From Porphyridium purpureum (lineage: Eukaryota), in assembly GCA_008690995.1 (NCBI GenBank), contig VRMN01000001.1:620001-684000 (forward strand): DNA of 64,000 nt, in the 5' to 3' direction. The position numbers and the translations under genes are program-made. Positions within the stretch are counted from its first letter, which is position 1, and each line of letters begins with the position of its first letter. This document shows, in pieces, positions 1 to 10,679 of this stretch. The notes under the pieces are model-generated. The model worked only from the letters and a program-made list of their open reading frames with translations. It was not told the origin of the DNA and searched no databases.

Positions 1-780
1 TCCCTAGTACCGCCGCGCTGTTCGTCCACTTCGTTCAACCCTACATCCACTGACACGAAACAGTGCCCTCTCCTTCTGCGGCGCAGCTGCGCGCTCCCCG
101 CTCCGTCCATTCACTTCGCAGTCGCAGTCAGCCACGACGTGCTTACACTGGTGCGGCTGTCCCACCTTCTGCTTCCGAGTCTGCGCGCACTCCGCCATTG
201 CACCTCATCCTCCCAAACCCCACCCACCTGCTCACAACATGACACGCAGCCACCACCACCACCACCGCCACTGCTGAACCAGCCAATCAGTGCGCGAAAC
301 CCCCTGTTCCCCAATGCGCGCACTCAACGTGGAAACATCCTCCGCCTCAGGAAAAAATAGCCCTCGGGGTCAACAATGACCAACTGTACCTCGTGTAAGC
401 GCGCACCCCTCAGCGCCGCCTGCCCAACACTGCGCAGCAATAACGGTTTATTGGTTATCGGTTCTCGGTTCATGTCGCCGTTGTGGACGGGTGGCCGTGT
501 GAGATGACAAAGAAATGGCAACGTTGTCGTGTCTGAAGCGCGGATCTCCGCTGTTCGCCCACGCCTCGAGAGGCAACTGCGAGGTATCTAATAAAATGAG
601 GTGGTTTTATAGGCGTGCGGGTTTTCCCCGGCTCGGTTGAAGGCGCCACATAGATCAGAGGAGGGCAAGGTTGGATGACTTGGCTGGGTTGACAAAGGCG
701 TGCGTGTGTGAGAAGGATCGTCGAGACGGAGAGAGGGGAGGAGAAGGGCGACGGCGCTGTTGTGCGGGAGCGGGAGCAGA

Positions 781-1269
781 ATGGTTGTGGTGTGCGCCAG
801 CAGAAAGAGCGGCCGCGCGGTCGTGCCGGCCATGGTGCCGGCGCTGCGCGTGGAGCTCGTCGTGTCAAAGCAGATGGTCATGGGCCTCGCCGCCTTGTTC
901 TTCCAGGTCCAGCGCACCGCGCTCATGGCAAAGCTGGAGCTGCCAAAGTTCTCCATGCCGTCCATGCCATCCATGCCAAAGCTCACGGTCCCCAAGCTTC
1001 AGATGCCAAAGTTGGGCGGCGGTGAGAAGAAGGACAAGGCCGCCAAGCCCTCGCCGTCGGCACCAAAGACTACCATCCGACCGTCCGGTGGTGTCAAGGT
1101 GCGCGCGGCCGTCGGGAACAAGTCGAACGTGGACGCGCCAAGCTTCAAGGGATCGAACATGGAGCTCGCAGACTCTGGTGCCGACTACAAAGCCTTCCCA
1201 AAGCGAAGGATGCCGGGTGCCAACATGCAGGGTTTCCTTGACATGGCAAAGGGCATGAAGCCAAAGTAA
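781..1269 (+). CDS. Small basic Pro/Lys/Met-rich protein of unknown function; start uncertain
   Basis: Open frame from ATG 781 to TAA 1269 with strong GC3 bias, PKFSMPSMPSMPKL-type repeats and a non-repetitive C-terminus. Confidence 0.6.
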   Translation: MVVVCASRKSGRAVVPAMVPALRVELVVSKQMVMGLAALFFQVQRTALMAKLELPKFSMPSMPSMPKLTVPKLQMPKLGGGEKKDKAAKPSPSAPKTTIRPSGGVKVRAAVGNKSNVDAPSFKGSNMELADSGADYKAFPKRRMPGANMQGFLDMAKGMKPK

Positions 1270-1452
1270 ATAGGCTGTACATCCATTCGGAAAAGTATCG
1301 GGTCGCAGTCGCTGTCATAATCTCGGTCATTAGCGTAGGCTGAATAAAATAGTCGAAAAGCATGCGGTGTGCTCACGTTCTCTGACCAAAGTGCGGCGGA
1401 AACAAGCCAGCAAACTCGGATTTGGCAAATTCTTCACGAGCGAGAACCTTGC

Positions 1453-2466
1453 TCAAGCGTCTGCCAGCTCGTTCAGATAATGCTCGACGTCGATCGCAGC
1501 CATGCATCCTGTGCCTGCGGCTGTAATAGCTTGTCGATACTTTTTGTCTTGGCAATCACCGGCCGCAAAGACGCCGCGGCGGCTGGTACTCGTAGTGCCC
1601 GGTTTCGTCACAATGTAGCCGGCTTCGTCCAGCGCGAGCTGCCCGCCAAGAAAATCTGTATTCGGCTTGTGGCCTATAGCAAAGAACATGCCGCCAGCGT
1701 CCATCACCTGCTCATTGCCGGTCTTGAGGTCTTTGACGGAAACATGAGTTACGACGTTTCCGTCACCAATCACGCTCGAGACTGCGGCCGAGTACAATAC
1801 ACGAATCTTCGGATGCTCGACTGCGCGCCGCTGCATGATTTTGCTCGCACGGAGCTCATCGCGACGGTGCACAATAAACACCATACTCGCGTATTTGGTC
1901 AGAAAGACGGCCTCCTCCATTGCGCTATCTCCTCCGCCGATAACGAACAGATTCTTGTCACGGAATAGGGGCGCTGCACCGTCGCAAACTGCGCAGGCAC
2001 TCACGCCGCGCTGCCAGTATTCACCTTGCGCTTCACCAGCGCCGGGAATATCGAGTCGCTTCGCAGTTGCGCCTGTCGCGATGATGAGCGCTTTGCATTT
2101 CCAAACTTGTCCCCACTCGGAGTGCACTACAAACGGGAAAACATCCAGTTCGACGCGGCTCACGGTTTCGGTGATGATGTGCGTGCCAAATCGTGCCGCT
2201 TGCGCACGAAACAAGTCGGTGATTTCCTGGCCGCCAACACCATTCGGAAAGCCCGGAAAGTTCTCGACGTCCGTTGTCGTCGTGAGCTGCCCGCCAGCTG
2301 CCACGCCGCCGGCGAGAAACCCTTCAAACATGACTGGATGCAGTTCGGCGCGTGCCGTGTAGATCGCAGCCGTATGACCGGCTGGTCCCGATCCAACAAT
2401 GATCACATCCTGCACCTGCGTGGCATCTGGTGCTCCATTCACATCGGCACTAGGTCCATCCGTCAT
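1453..2466 (-). CDS. trxB: NADPH-dependent thioredoxin reductase (low-MW NTR/TrxB type)
   Basis: [12 protein letters not shown] motif, [21 protein letters not shown] active site, GGGDSA, AGD...QAITAAGTG. First ATG is at 2466. Confidence 0.95.
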   Translation of the reverse strand: MTDGPSADVNGAPDATQVQDVIIVGSGPAGHTAAIYTARAELHPVMFEGFLAGGVAAGGQLTTTTDVENFPGFPNGVGGQEITDLFRAQAARFGTHIITETVSRVELDVFPFVVHSEWGQVWKCKALIIATGATAKRLDIPGAGEAQGEYWQRGVSACAVCDGAAPLFRDKNLFVIGGGDSAMEEAVFLTKYASMVFIVHRRDELRASKIMQRRAVEHPKIRVLYSAAVSSVIGDGNVVTHVSVKDLKTGNEQVMDAGGMFFAIGHKPNTDFLGGQLALDEAGYIVTKPGTTSTSRRGVFAAGDCQDKKYRQAITAAGTGCMAAIDVEHYLNELADA

Positions 2467-2953
2467 CTCACCAGAAACGTTTGGATCTTCTCTCTCACCG
2501 TTTCTCCAACGACCAAAGAGTTTTACTTCTCCAACCACGCTTCAGAACGCATGAAGAAGAATTTTCTTCTTCTTTTCTTTTAATACATCGACGCCTTTCC
2601 TGTTGGTACTGGCTGGTGTATGTGCTAGCTCGCGAGATGCATCCAAATAAAAGGTGCCACCAAAACTCTCGCATGTGCGGCTATTGTCCGGTTGATAGTT
2701 CTCGTGCGACCGTCGTACCCCAGTTTCACCCACGTACGCGCTGCAACCAAGCACAAGGCGCTCGCAGAAATCACCAATTTGGACAAGGGGATGAAAAAGT
2801 TCCACACTAGGCCTTCGTACTCCCATCCGTTCCAAAGCTTGTATATACGCCATACAGGACAGGCTTCGCCAAGGTAGACTTACGTCTTGCACGTGTTCAG
2901 GGGCACATTCCAGACAAGCGCACCACGTTAAACAAAAAAGTTCGTCGATGAAG

Positions 2954-4015
2954 CTACGCATGAGAAGCCAACGACGGTTGCTGCTGCAACTTGGGCTTGG
3001 CGTTACCTGCGCTCTTGTCCGCGAGAGAAGGTGCTCCTGAAACGATACTCTGGCGCCCGCTCGTTCGCTTGCTTATTCCTGGAAGTAGAGGCGTCTTTTC
3101 GCTCACTCCAGGATTCGCGGCGGAAACAGATGCAGATTCGCTGCGAACATCATCGCTGGCACAGTCCGCTTGCTCCTCGGCAGTCTCCTCCTCCTGAGCT
3201 TCTTCGCAATCGTCGTCTTCATCCTCCTCGTCATGATGACTCCTGCCTCGGGGTCCAAAACGAAGCACAGAGCAGACAACAAATGTACAGAACGCAGCTG
3301 GGTAATAAAGAGCGCCGCCGCACGCCACGCCGATCGCTGCAGAGATCCACACGCTCGCGGCAGTGGCCAGCCCAGACACCATGAATTCTCCGTTCTCCAT
3401 TTTCTCCTTGAAGATGAGCGCGGAGCCCAGAAAGCCTACGCCTGATGGAATGGCTGCGCTCACCCGGGATGCGTCCCAGGTGACGGCACCAGATTCGAAT
3501 GCGTAAATTGAACTGATGGTAAAACATGCGGCACCCAGTCCGGTCACGCTCATTGTCCGGATCCCGGCCGGGCGGTCCGCTTGCCTTCTCTCGTAGCCAA
3601 TCATTGCGGCCAGCGCCACCGCGCTGAACATGCGCCGTCCCATGTCCGTTTCCTCGGGCGTCAAGCCCAGCAGCTCCCGGTACCGCATCCTTCGGCACGG
3701 ACTGTCGTCAAAAAGCGGATTCTTGTACGGAAAGGTCTTCGGACGCGGCAAGTCACAGTGGTTGTGAAGCACCGGCTCCAACAGGCAAACCATCGAGAGC
3801 GTGGCGCCCACAAGAACGACGCACAGATAAATCCACGAGTCGCGTCCCGGGTTGTGGCGGAATTTCTTCTGGTATCGCGTCCACCGTGCCTTGACGAACG
3901 CACTGACAGCGTCCATGGCACCTCTGCTTCGTGCTCCCCACGCCAACCGCACCACCGTTTCTGCTCGAGAACCGAATCTTGCCTGCACGGACAGAATCGT
4001 AGACCAAACGGACAT
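2954..4015 (-). CDS. MgtC/SapB-family membrane protein, copy 1 (start 4015 or 3916)
   Basis: IGYERRQADRPAGIRT, DASRVSAAIPSGVGFLG and GLATAASVWISAAIG match the MgtC signature. Acidic C-terminal tail. Confidence 0.9.
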   Translation of the reverse strand: MSVWSTILSVQARFGSRAETVVRLAWGARSRGAMDAVSAFVKARWTRYQKKFRHNPGRDSWIYLCVVLVGATLSMVCLLEPVLHNHCDLPRPKTFPYKNPLFDDSPCRRMRYRELLGLTPEETDMGRRMFSAVALAAMIGYERRQADRPAGIRTMSVTGLGAACFTISSIYAFESGAVTWDASRVSAAIPSGVGFLGSALIFKEKMENGEFMVSGLATAASVWISAAIGVACGGALYYPAAFCTFVVCSVLRFGPRGRSHHDEEDEDDDCEEAQEEETAEEQADCASDDVRSESASVSAANPGVSEKTPLLPGISKRTSGRQSIVSGAPSLADKSAGNAKPKLQQQPSLASHA

Positions 4016-4138
4016 TTGGGAAGCTTGTGATGCGTTCAGGAGATGCCTTGAAGCTCCGGCACTAACCGCGCGCACCAGCCGTGAAAGTGAGCGAGGGCGC
4101 GTCCAGTGAATGGTCGCCTGGACGACCGGGAAGGGTCG

Positions 4139-5260
4139 ATGAAGAGGTTTGGGATATGGGCGGCGGCGGCGCAGACGGCCGCGTCTGCGTACAAGAATGC
4201 GTACTTCCCAAGCGATGAGTACCCGCGCTTAAATGCAATCTTGTATACAGCCATGCTGGTGGCTGTGCTGGTGGTCTCGCTGTCAAGCTTGCTTGCGCCG
4301 CTTCTCGTGCGTGACTGTGTAAAGACCTTACCGGAGAAGAGCAGCTGGAGTAACCCGCTGTATCCGGGCGACGCGTGTTTCTTTGAGAGGCGAAACGTTT
4401 TGCTCGGACAGAGTCTGCTAGAGGCCGACTTGATGCGTAGAATGGTGGCCTCCGTGCTGCTGGCCGTGCCTATCGGATACGAGCGAAGATCTCCAGATCG
4501 ATCCGCCGGAATCAAACTCATGATTCTAGTGAGTATTGGATCCTGCTCTTTCACCATATCCAGCATCTACTCGTTCGAGTCGAGCACATCAGGTTATGAT
4601 ACCGCTCGCGTCGCGGCAGCCATTGTCAGCGGCGTTGGTTTTCTGGCAAGCGCCATGATCTACAAGGGCGGCGACCAGGCAAGCCACGCGGTGTATGGGC
4701 TCACCACGGCGGCTTCGGTGTGGGTGGCCGCTGCCGTCGGAATTTCAAGCGGCGGTGAACTCTACTTTGCAGGCATGTACACGACTGTTCTAGTGGTGAT
4801 CATTCTCCGATTTATGCCTCGAGCCGTAGAGCATGCGCATGCTGACGAATCTGAAGCTCAAAAAGTCGTGGAATCGACTGAAGAGCTTGGGCAGGAAGAG
4901 GAAAAAGAATCGCCGAGAAATCAGCGCAGCCAGGAGGCCACAGTGAACATTTCATACCGGCAGCCACGAGCCGAGCCAGCAGCATTGGGACAGTTCCCAT
5001 TACCTTCAGAACACGCGGCCAGTGAACCTGCGCTTTCTAGTCTACCCACGCAGCAGCTTACGCAGGCCGAAATCGACCAGGATCTAGACGACTTTTTGGA
5101 GTTGCAAAAGTATACTCCACATACCACAGCTGTGAGTCCACGCTCGTCCCGTGCGACCAACGCGGGATCCGCACAGAGTTCAGTTGTCAACGTGGCCACA
5201 GGAAGCAGCATCTCGAACCCGAAAATTGAGAAGCGGCAACCGTCTATTGCATTCAGATAA
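4139..5260 (+). CDS. MgtC/SapB-family membrane protein, copy 2
   Basis: IGYERRSPDRSAGIK, DTARVAAAIVSGVGFL, GLTTAASVWVAAAVG. First ATG is at 4139. Confidence 0.9.
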   Translation: MKRFGIWAAAAQTAASAYKNAYFPSDEYPRLNAILYTAMLVAVLVVSLSSLLAPLLVRDCVKTLPEKSSWSNPLYPGDACFFERRNVLLGQSLLEADLMRRMVASVLLAVPIGYERRSPDRSAGIKLMILVSIGSCSFTISSIYSFESSTSGYDTARVAAAIVSGVGFLASAMIYKGGDQASHAVYGLTTAASVWVAAAVGISSGGELYFAGMYTTVLVVIILRFMPRAVEHAHADESEAQKVVESTEELGQEEEKESPRNQRSQEATVNISYRQPRAEPAALGQFPLPSEHAASEPALSSLPTQQLTQAEIDQDLDDFLELQKYTPHTTAVSPRSSRATNAGSAQSSVVNVATGSSISNPKIEKRQPSIAFR

Positions 5261-5272
5261 ATACCGCGTCTT

Positions 5273-6574
5273 CTAATCCTCAGGTGGCTCTTTTCGCGCT
5301 TCCGCTTCATTTGAACTTTCCTGTTCCTGAAAGATAGGCAGCTGCCGCCGGAGAGCGCGCTGCACTTGGTAGCTGGTCGTGTTGATAAAGTCAGTTGGAG
5401 ACTTGCCAGCGCCATCCAAAAGTCCGGCCCGGAAGAGAACCAATCTTTCCTGAGATGGAGGCACAAGGTCTGAGTCTCTTGGAGGATCTCCCTGTTTCTT
5501 GCGGGGGCGACCGCGCCCGCGTTTCTTCGTGCTGCTCCCTGACGGGTCTGCATCGGCTTGTACGGGTGTCTTGCCCTTGGCGGACGTGAGCGTACTGGCC
5601 TTTCTCCTCCTGTTTTTCCTGCGCAAGATACGCACACCGGACACGGCAGATACTTCTAAATCGTGATCTTCAAGCAGCCTAAAATCTACGGCGCCCGGCG
5701 CGCGCTCCTTGCGCAGTCGGCGAGGCCTTGTACAGCTTCTGCAAACGTCGTAAGAGCATCCCCAGCACACAGGACAGAAGAAAAGCTCTTCATCCGCTAA
5801 GAGATCGACAGCCTGCTGAGAGCTCGGCGCACGGCAAAGCAGTTTGATGAAAGACTTCTTTTGGGAGTTCTTCTTGAACCGCACCAGTCCGCACGACTCG
5901 CAATACGTGCACGGTACGACTCGCGTATCGTCGCAGGTCAGGCAGCGCGGCTTCCTCTTCTTTTCTGCAAACGGTTTGAGACCGGCGTAGCGCTTTGAAT
6001 CATTGCGCTCGGTCCGCAAGAGTCTTAGAGCCGTTTCGACTCGATCGTCCACTTCGTCGGGCCCGTACTTTGCCAAGTAAGGCAGTAGTCTAGGATCCAG
6101 CTTTGGGTGTACGTCATACGTGAGCTCTGCCAGCGGTGGCTTATCCCGAAGCGGAGCATCCACGATTATATTCTCGAACTGGGAAGTGTCTACTGTGTCC
6201 TTCATCATCGGCGCCTCCTCTTGTGCCGGAAGGGAGAGCAAATATGCCTCGAAATCAGCTTCGATTTCTTGCGCAATAGCCTTCATGCTAGCCAATTCAT
6301 CACGCCGGGCCTTCTCTGCGATCAAACGCAGCTCCTCCTCATCCATTCCGTCGCTTTCGGAATCATTATCTTGACACTGCAACCCGACAGTGCCTTTGGA
6401 ACTGCTCCACTCGGGCCCACGACACGCGCGGTCATTCAGACTTTTCTTGATCGCATACCGACGTACACGTCCAGAATTCACTCCACACGAGGGCCTCAAA
6501 GTCGAGTGCTGTTCCAGCGGCCACGATGACGCAACGTTCTGGCACACAAAGCATGATCGCGACGCCAGATGCAT
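5273..6574 (-). CDS. Protein with DnaJ-like CxxC zinc-finger repeats and an AT-hook; possibly organelle-targeted
   Basis: CLTC, CTYCESCG, CPVCWGC and CRSC motifs; KKRGRGRPRKK AT-hook; Ser/Arg-rich N-terminus. Confidence 0.7.
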   Translation of the reverse strand: MHLASRSCFVCQNVASSWPLEQHSTLRPSCGVNSGRVRRYAIKKSLNDRACRGPEWSSSKGTVGLQCQDNDSESDGMDEEELRLIAEKARRDELASMKAIAQEIEADFEAYLLSLPAQEEAPMMKDTVDTSQFENIIVDAPLRDKPPLAELTYDVHPKLDPRLLPYLAKYGPDEVDDRVETALRLLRTERNDSKRYAGLKPFAEKKRKPRCLTCDDTRVVPCTYCESCGLVRFKKNSQKKSFIKLLCRAPSSQQAVDLLADEELFFCPVCWGCSYDVCRSCTRPRRLRKERAPGAVDFRLLEDHDLEVSAVSGVRILRRKNRRRKASTLTSAKGKTPVQADADPSGSSTKKRGRGRPRKKQGDPPRDSDLVPPSQERLVLFRAGLLDGAGKSPTDFINTTSYQVQRALRRQLPIFQEQESSNEAEARKEPPED

Positions 6575-6793
6575 CCCACTCTAGTGTCCCGCCGCGTCAC
6601 TCAAAAACCAAACAGCGAGTCTGCTTCCTCGTCCAGCCGCAGCTGCGCCTTTTTCATCCACAAGCTGTACCTATACTGTACTCAAAGTTCCTGAACCGTT
6701 AACCGTTTAGGGTTTCATGGCAGGTGGGCGGCGCGATGGCGAGGCGTCGGCGGCGCGACTTTCGTGGTCGATGAAGAGGGCGAGGAAGCGACG

Positions 6794-7630
6794 ATGAAGT
6801 CTGGTTCGGTTGGAGCAGCAGTGGAGAAGCACGACGAGGCTGTCGTGGATCCTACAGGATTGGCATTCGTCGACTTGTCCAAGTATGAAAGGTCTGAGTC
6901 AAGTGCGTCCGATGGAGAGGATGGTGGGCCGGCGGGCCGGGTGAGAAAAGAGGCGCAACGCGCGGCTCGTGCCGCGTCAAATGGCAAAGATGCGGCTACT
7001 TCTTCCTTTGTCACCTTGCCGGCGACGAGAATGTTCTTGGAAGGACGTGGAGACGCTCTCATTTCAGAAAAGTTCAGAAAGAATCAAACTCAACCGTTAG
7101 CAAAAGAAACTGCCCCATTGGACAAATCCGCACCACGCGCTGCGCAGTACGACGTGGATTCCCCAGATCCGGATGAAGCCCTGATGAAGCGCAGTATTTT
7201 CAACCAGCCAAGTCGACAAAAGCAAGAGGCGTCCAACACAGCCGCCAAGAAGCAGAAAGCACGATGGTTTGATATTCCGGTCGCGACCCTGACGCCAGAG
7301 CTCGAGAAGGATATTCAATTGATCAGAAACCGGCAGCACTTGGACCCGCAGCGATTTTACAAATCAATGGGCGACTCCAAGTGGAACCCCAAAAATTTTT
7401 ACGTTGGCACGGTGATCGAAGGGCCTGGCGAGTTCCGCACAGGCAGAATTGTGAATCGCGAACGCAAGCAGCACCTCGTCGATGAGCTGCTGAGCGATTC
7501 ACAATTTCAGACGTTTGCAAAGCGCAAAGTGGCAGAAGTTCAGCAGTCAAAGGCCGCTACCTACAGACGACGGAGTGGCATGAAGGCTTTCAAGAAAAGC
7601 AGGTCGGGCCGTCTGGGTGCCCGCAAATAG
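6794..7630 (+). CDS. FCF2: rRNA-processing protein Fcf2 (DNTTIP2-like)
   Basis: WFDIP...LTPELEKDIQLIRNRQHLDPQRFYK...GTVIEGPGEF...LVDELLSD matches the Fcf2 domain. Confidence 0.9.
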   Translation: MKSGSVGAAVEKHDEAVVDPTGLAFVDLSKYERSESSASDGEDGGPAGRVRKEAQRAARAASNGKDAATSSFVTLPATRMFLEGRGDALISEKFRKNQTQPLAKETAPLDKSAPRAAQYDVDSPDPDEALMKRSIFNQPSRQKQEASNTAAKKQKARWFDIPVATLTPELEKDIQLIRNRQHLDPQRFYKSMGDSKWNPKNFYVGTVIEGPGEFRTGRIVNRERKQHLVDELLSDSQFQTFAKRKVAEVQQSKAATYRRRSGMKAFKKSRSGRLGARK

Positions 7631-7701
7631 GCGTTCGGTGGCTCATGTAAAGCAAACAAACAGACTATGTCTCCGTGCTTCTCCCTTTCAATTTCATATT
7701 G

Positions 7702-8880
7702 CTAGCAAAGTGGACAAGCAGCAGCATGTTCGCCTCGTGGCGTCAACAAAATAACGTACGAAGTCATGCGCGAGCGCTGGTCATCATGTGCGACATTGAG
7801 TTGGAAGCGGCCGTAGCTATTCAGAGCAGAGTATCCTAGCAGCTGAAAGGTAACCACAACATATAGAAAACGAATGACGAATAGCGCCTCTCCGTACATC
7901 AGCGAAGTGCACATGATAGAGAAAATTGAGAGGACCAGAAAGAATTCAAGTGGGCGGACACTGCGCATCCCCAGGCGACGTACTGACACAAGTCCAAAGA
8001 AATCAATTGCAATGTTGATGACGGAGAGCACCTCGCGCGCGTATCGATTGTGCTTGAATACAACGTTTTTGTACAAAAGCCAGGCAAACATGAGCATGTC
8101 CACAAGTAGAAGAATCACAAACAAAACCAGAAGCCCGCGGATTAACTTGTGCGCCTGATCAAAGATCATGGCTTGATAGTCTGACATGTCGACCAACCCC
8201 GTGTCGAGCCTGAAAAAGTATTCCTTCCAGCCTGTATCCGGCATTTCGACATCGTCGCACACATCTTCAACGCCGGCTCGGGCCTGCACCTTTGTCTGGA
8301 GCAATCGGAGTGTCTTGATGTCCTGATCTTGGTCCTTCAAGTCACTCTTGACTGTAGCGCCAGAAAGTCGCTGCGTGATGGTGGCCAAGGCGTCGGTCGA
8401 GTGCGCCACGACAACTTTCTTGCCGTCATTTTTATCGAATTCGTCTGCCAAGAGCCACGTTGATTCGGATATAGACTGAGCTCGGCTCTCGACAAAGATC
8501 TTGTCGTCATCAAACAGGCTCTTGTGCCTCACTGCACTGGTGCCGGTGCCCGTCGTTGACGCCGCTCTACGGTGACTACTTGGCGGCTTAGATTTGCGAA
8601 CGTCATCCTCGAAAAGGGCAGTCAGCGCGCTTCCAGAGCCGTGCACACTCGCATGACGACTCGGCAGGGGTGGTTTGCTCACCAAGCTCTGCGCGGACGA
8701 CAGCACATTGTGCACGGAGCGGTGAATGGATGCGGTTTTCTCCAGCAGAAGCGCGCTGCCACTATTTTCCGTTGCGGCCAAGCTACCTGGAGTTATGCCG
8801 CCATCGGCCGACGTGATGCTTCCGTGGCGCGACGCATTCTTCGAGTTAGGCAAGTGCCGTTCAGCTGGAAATGACGCCAT
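7702..8880 (-). CDS. Unknown membrane protein with Ser-rich N-terminal half and about 4 C-terminal TM helices
   Basis: Long ORF with hydrophobic C-terminal segments. First ATG is at MASFPAE. Confidence 0.7.
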   Translation of the reverse strand: MASFPAERHLPNSKNASRHGSITSADGGITPGSLAATENSGSALLLEKTASIHRSVHNVLSSAQSLVSKPPLPSRHASVHGSGSALTALFEDDVRKSKPPSSHRRAASTTGTGTSAVRHKSLFDDDKIFVESRAQSISESTWLLADEFDKNDGKKVVVAHSTDALATITQRLSGATVKSDLKDQDQDIKTLRLLQTKVQARAGVEDVCDDVEMPDTGWKEYFFRLDTGLVDMSDYQAMIFDQAHKLIRGLLVLFVILLLVDMLMFAWLLYKNVVFKHNRYAREVLSVINIAIDFFGLVSVRRLGMRSVRPLEFFLVLSIFSIMCTSLMYGEALFVIRFLYVVVTFQLLGYSALNSYGRFQLNVAHDDQRSRMTSYVILLTPRGEHAAACPLC

Positions 8881-9137
8881 TGTGCGCAACAGACGTCCAA
8901 TGCCAACGTCCAAGCGACGCAAGCACGTCGCCTTCGCACGCTGCGACTAGACTCAACGCCTCGCAGCCGTTAAAAAGGATGCGGGCAAGCAAGGACCACG
9001 CCAAAAAGGAAACGCGTACACTGAAGGTACACTTTGTCACTTTACTGCTTGAAGTCAATAACAAGGCGGTGGACATAACCATGAAGCTTTGGTGACTCGT
9101 ACGGCGGATAGATGCATCCGCCATTCGCCGGACAACG

Positions 9138-10451
9138 TTACTTCATGACAACTCTTTGCGTACCTTTCGACGCACGTTTCCTCAGCTCAGCCTTGCGCTT
9201 CTTGTCCTCGTACTTGATTTGCTCGTCACGGCTCATCTTGGCCACGCGCTCGTCCTCTAGACGCTTCTTCTCTCGCAGCTTCTCGTCCTTCTCTGCCTGC
9301 GAGTCCCGCGTTTTGACCTTTTCTTTGGTCTCGACCTCCTCGACCTTGCGCCGCAGCATGCGAGCACGCTCCAGACCTACAGCAGAGCGAGAGGAGCTCC
9401 ATTTAGGAATGCCGTCCGACAGGGTCACGAGAAGTTCAACAGAGCGCGCCATGATTTCTCCAACGGGCGTTTTGTTGATCGGGTGCAGATCGCACTCGAG
9501 AAACACAAGCTTCTTCTCCCCGAGCACTTGCGGCTCCGCGCCGCCGTCGCCCTGATCAGTGAGGTGAAGGCAGACCAAGAATTGCTTCATACTGAGCAAC
9601 AATGAAACCAAGCGCTCACTCTGAAACAGATTCGCTGCGTCGGGCGAATCTGACGCGAATACAAATTCGGCATCGTTGGGCAAGGTTCGCGCAAGCGCTC
9701 CCGGAAGTGGTTGCTTGTCGCAGTAAATATCAATGTCTGGGTGATGCGAACGATACAGCATGAGTTCTTCATTGCGGCAAATCAGAAGCACCAGCGGACT
9801 CAGCTTCGGGTCGAGCGGCATCACAAAGCGGAGCTTGTCATCCTCTGAATGAAACATCAGCGATTTCAATATGCCAAACAAGTCGTGTCTGGGGCGACAG
9901 TTCACGCGAAGCGTCAGCCCAGTCGGACAGTTCTTGCGCCCTGACGCGTAAGCGTACGCTTCATTCGAGGAGTTTTGGAACAAGATTTGCTCCGGGGTGC
10001 CCGGCGCGTGTACGCCGACATGCGCAAATCCGGCGGCGGTGAGCGCTGCCTTTGAAGCTGCGGCAATTGACCTTAAAAGCATCTCGTTCACTGTCCTCCC
10101 CGCCGCAAACACCAACGCGTAGATCAGCGCAAGTGCAAACGCCGCGATCTCTGCCTTGACCAGAATTCCATCATCGACACGACTTCGCGAGCCCACCATG
10201 GCGTCTACGTACTTCCCCACAAACGGGATCTTATTCACGTAACTTTGCGCCGCGAACGCCTTTTCCTGCGCAAAGCCAGGCGCGTGCGCCTCGCCGGACG
10301 CTTTCTCCGTGGACAACATGGGCGTCATATCCTGCACGTTGATTTCGTCGTCTTCCAAATCAGCGGCGGCACCCACGCGCACCATACCACACAACATTGT
10401 CGCCCCAAGCGCGACCACCACAGCTACGCGCCATTTCATGCTGCGACGCAT
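9138..10451 (-). CDS. CCDC47: PAT complex subunit CCDC47 (DUF1682)-like ER protein
   Basis: Signal peptide, single TM, YASGRKNC...RPRHDL motif, and a C-terminal coiled coil (KMSRDEQIKYEDKKRK). Confidence 0.85.
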   Translation of the reverse strand: MRRSMKWRVAVVVALGATMLCGMVRVGAAADLEDDEINVQDMTPMLSTEKASGEAHAPGFAQEKAFAAQSYVNKIPFVGKYVDAMVGSRSRVDDGILVKAEIAAFALALIYALVFAAGRTVNEMLLRSIAAASKAALTAAGFAHVGVHAPGTPEQILFQNSSNEAYAYASGRKNCPTGLTLRVNCRPRHDLFGILKSLMFHSEDDKLRFVMPLDPKLSPLVLLICRNEELMLYRSHHPDIDIYCDKQPLPGALARTLPNDAEFVFASDSPDAANLFQSERLVSLLLSMKQFLVCLHLTDQGDGGAEPQVLGEKKLVFLECDLHPINKTPVGEIMARSVELLVTLSDGIPKWSSSRSAVGLERARMLRRKVEEVETKEKVKTRDSQAEKDEKLREKKRLEDERVAKMSRDEQIKYEDKKRKAELRKRASKGTQRVVMK

Positions 10452-10679
10452 AATTAAAAGCCAGACCGGGCCAGACCAGATCCGATCCGATCCGATCGGC
10501 TCCGCTCCACTCTCGCTTCTCGACTTGCTTTCCCCCCTACTCGCGTCCGACAGGCGTCCCACACGAAACCAACATGCAATAACTGTACCTACAGCTGTAC
10601 ACCATACTGGTCAGGCCGGAAAACAAGAAAATGCGCAAACGAGCTGTTTTTAGAGTAAAAAAGTACAGTGCACTGTTTC

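Noticed and set aside
4..198. Possible first exon of a minus-strand gene (ATG at 198, GTAAGC near 145)
   Set aside because: The rest lies outside the window, so it cannot be supported.
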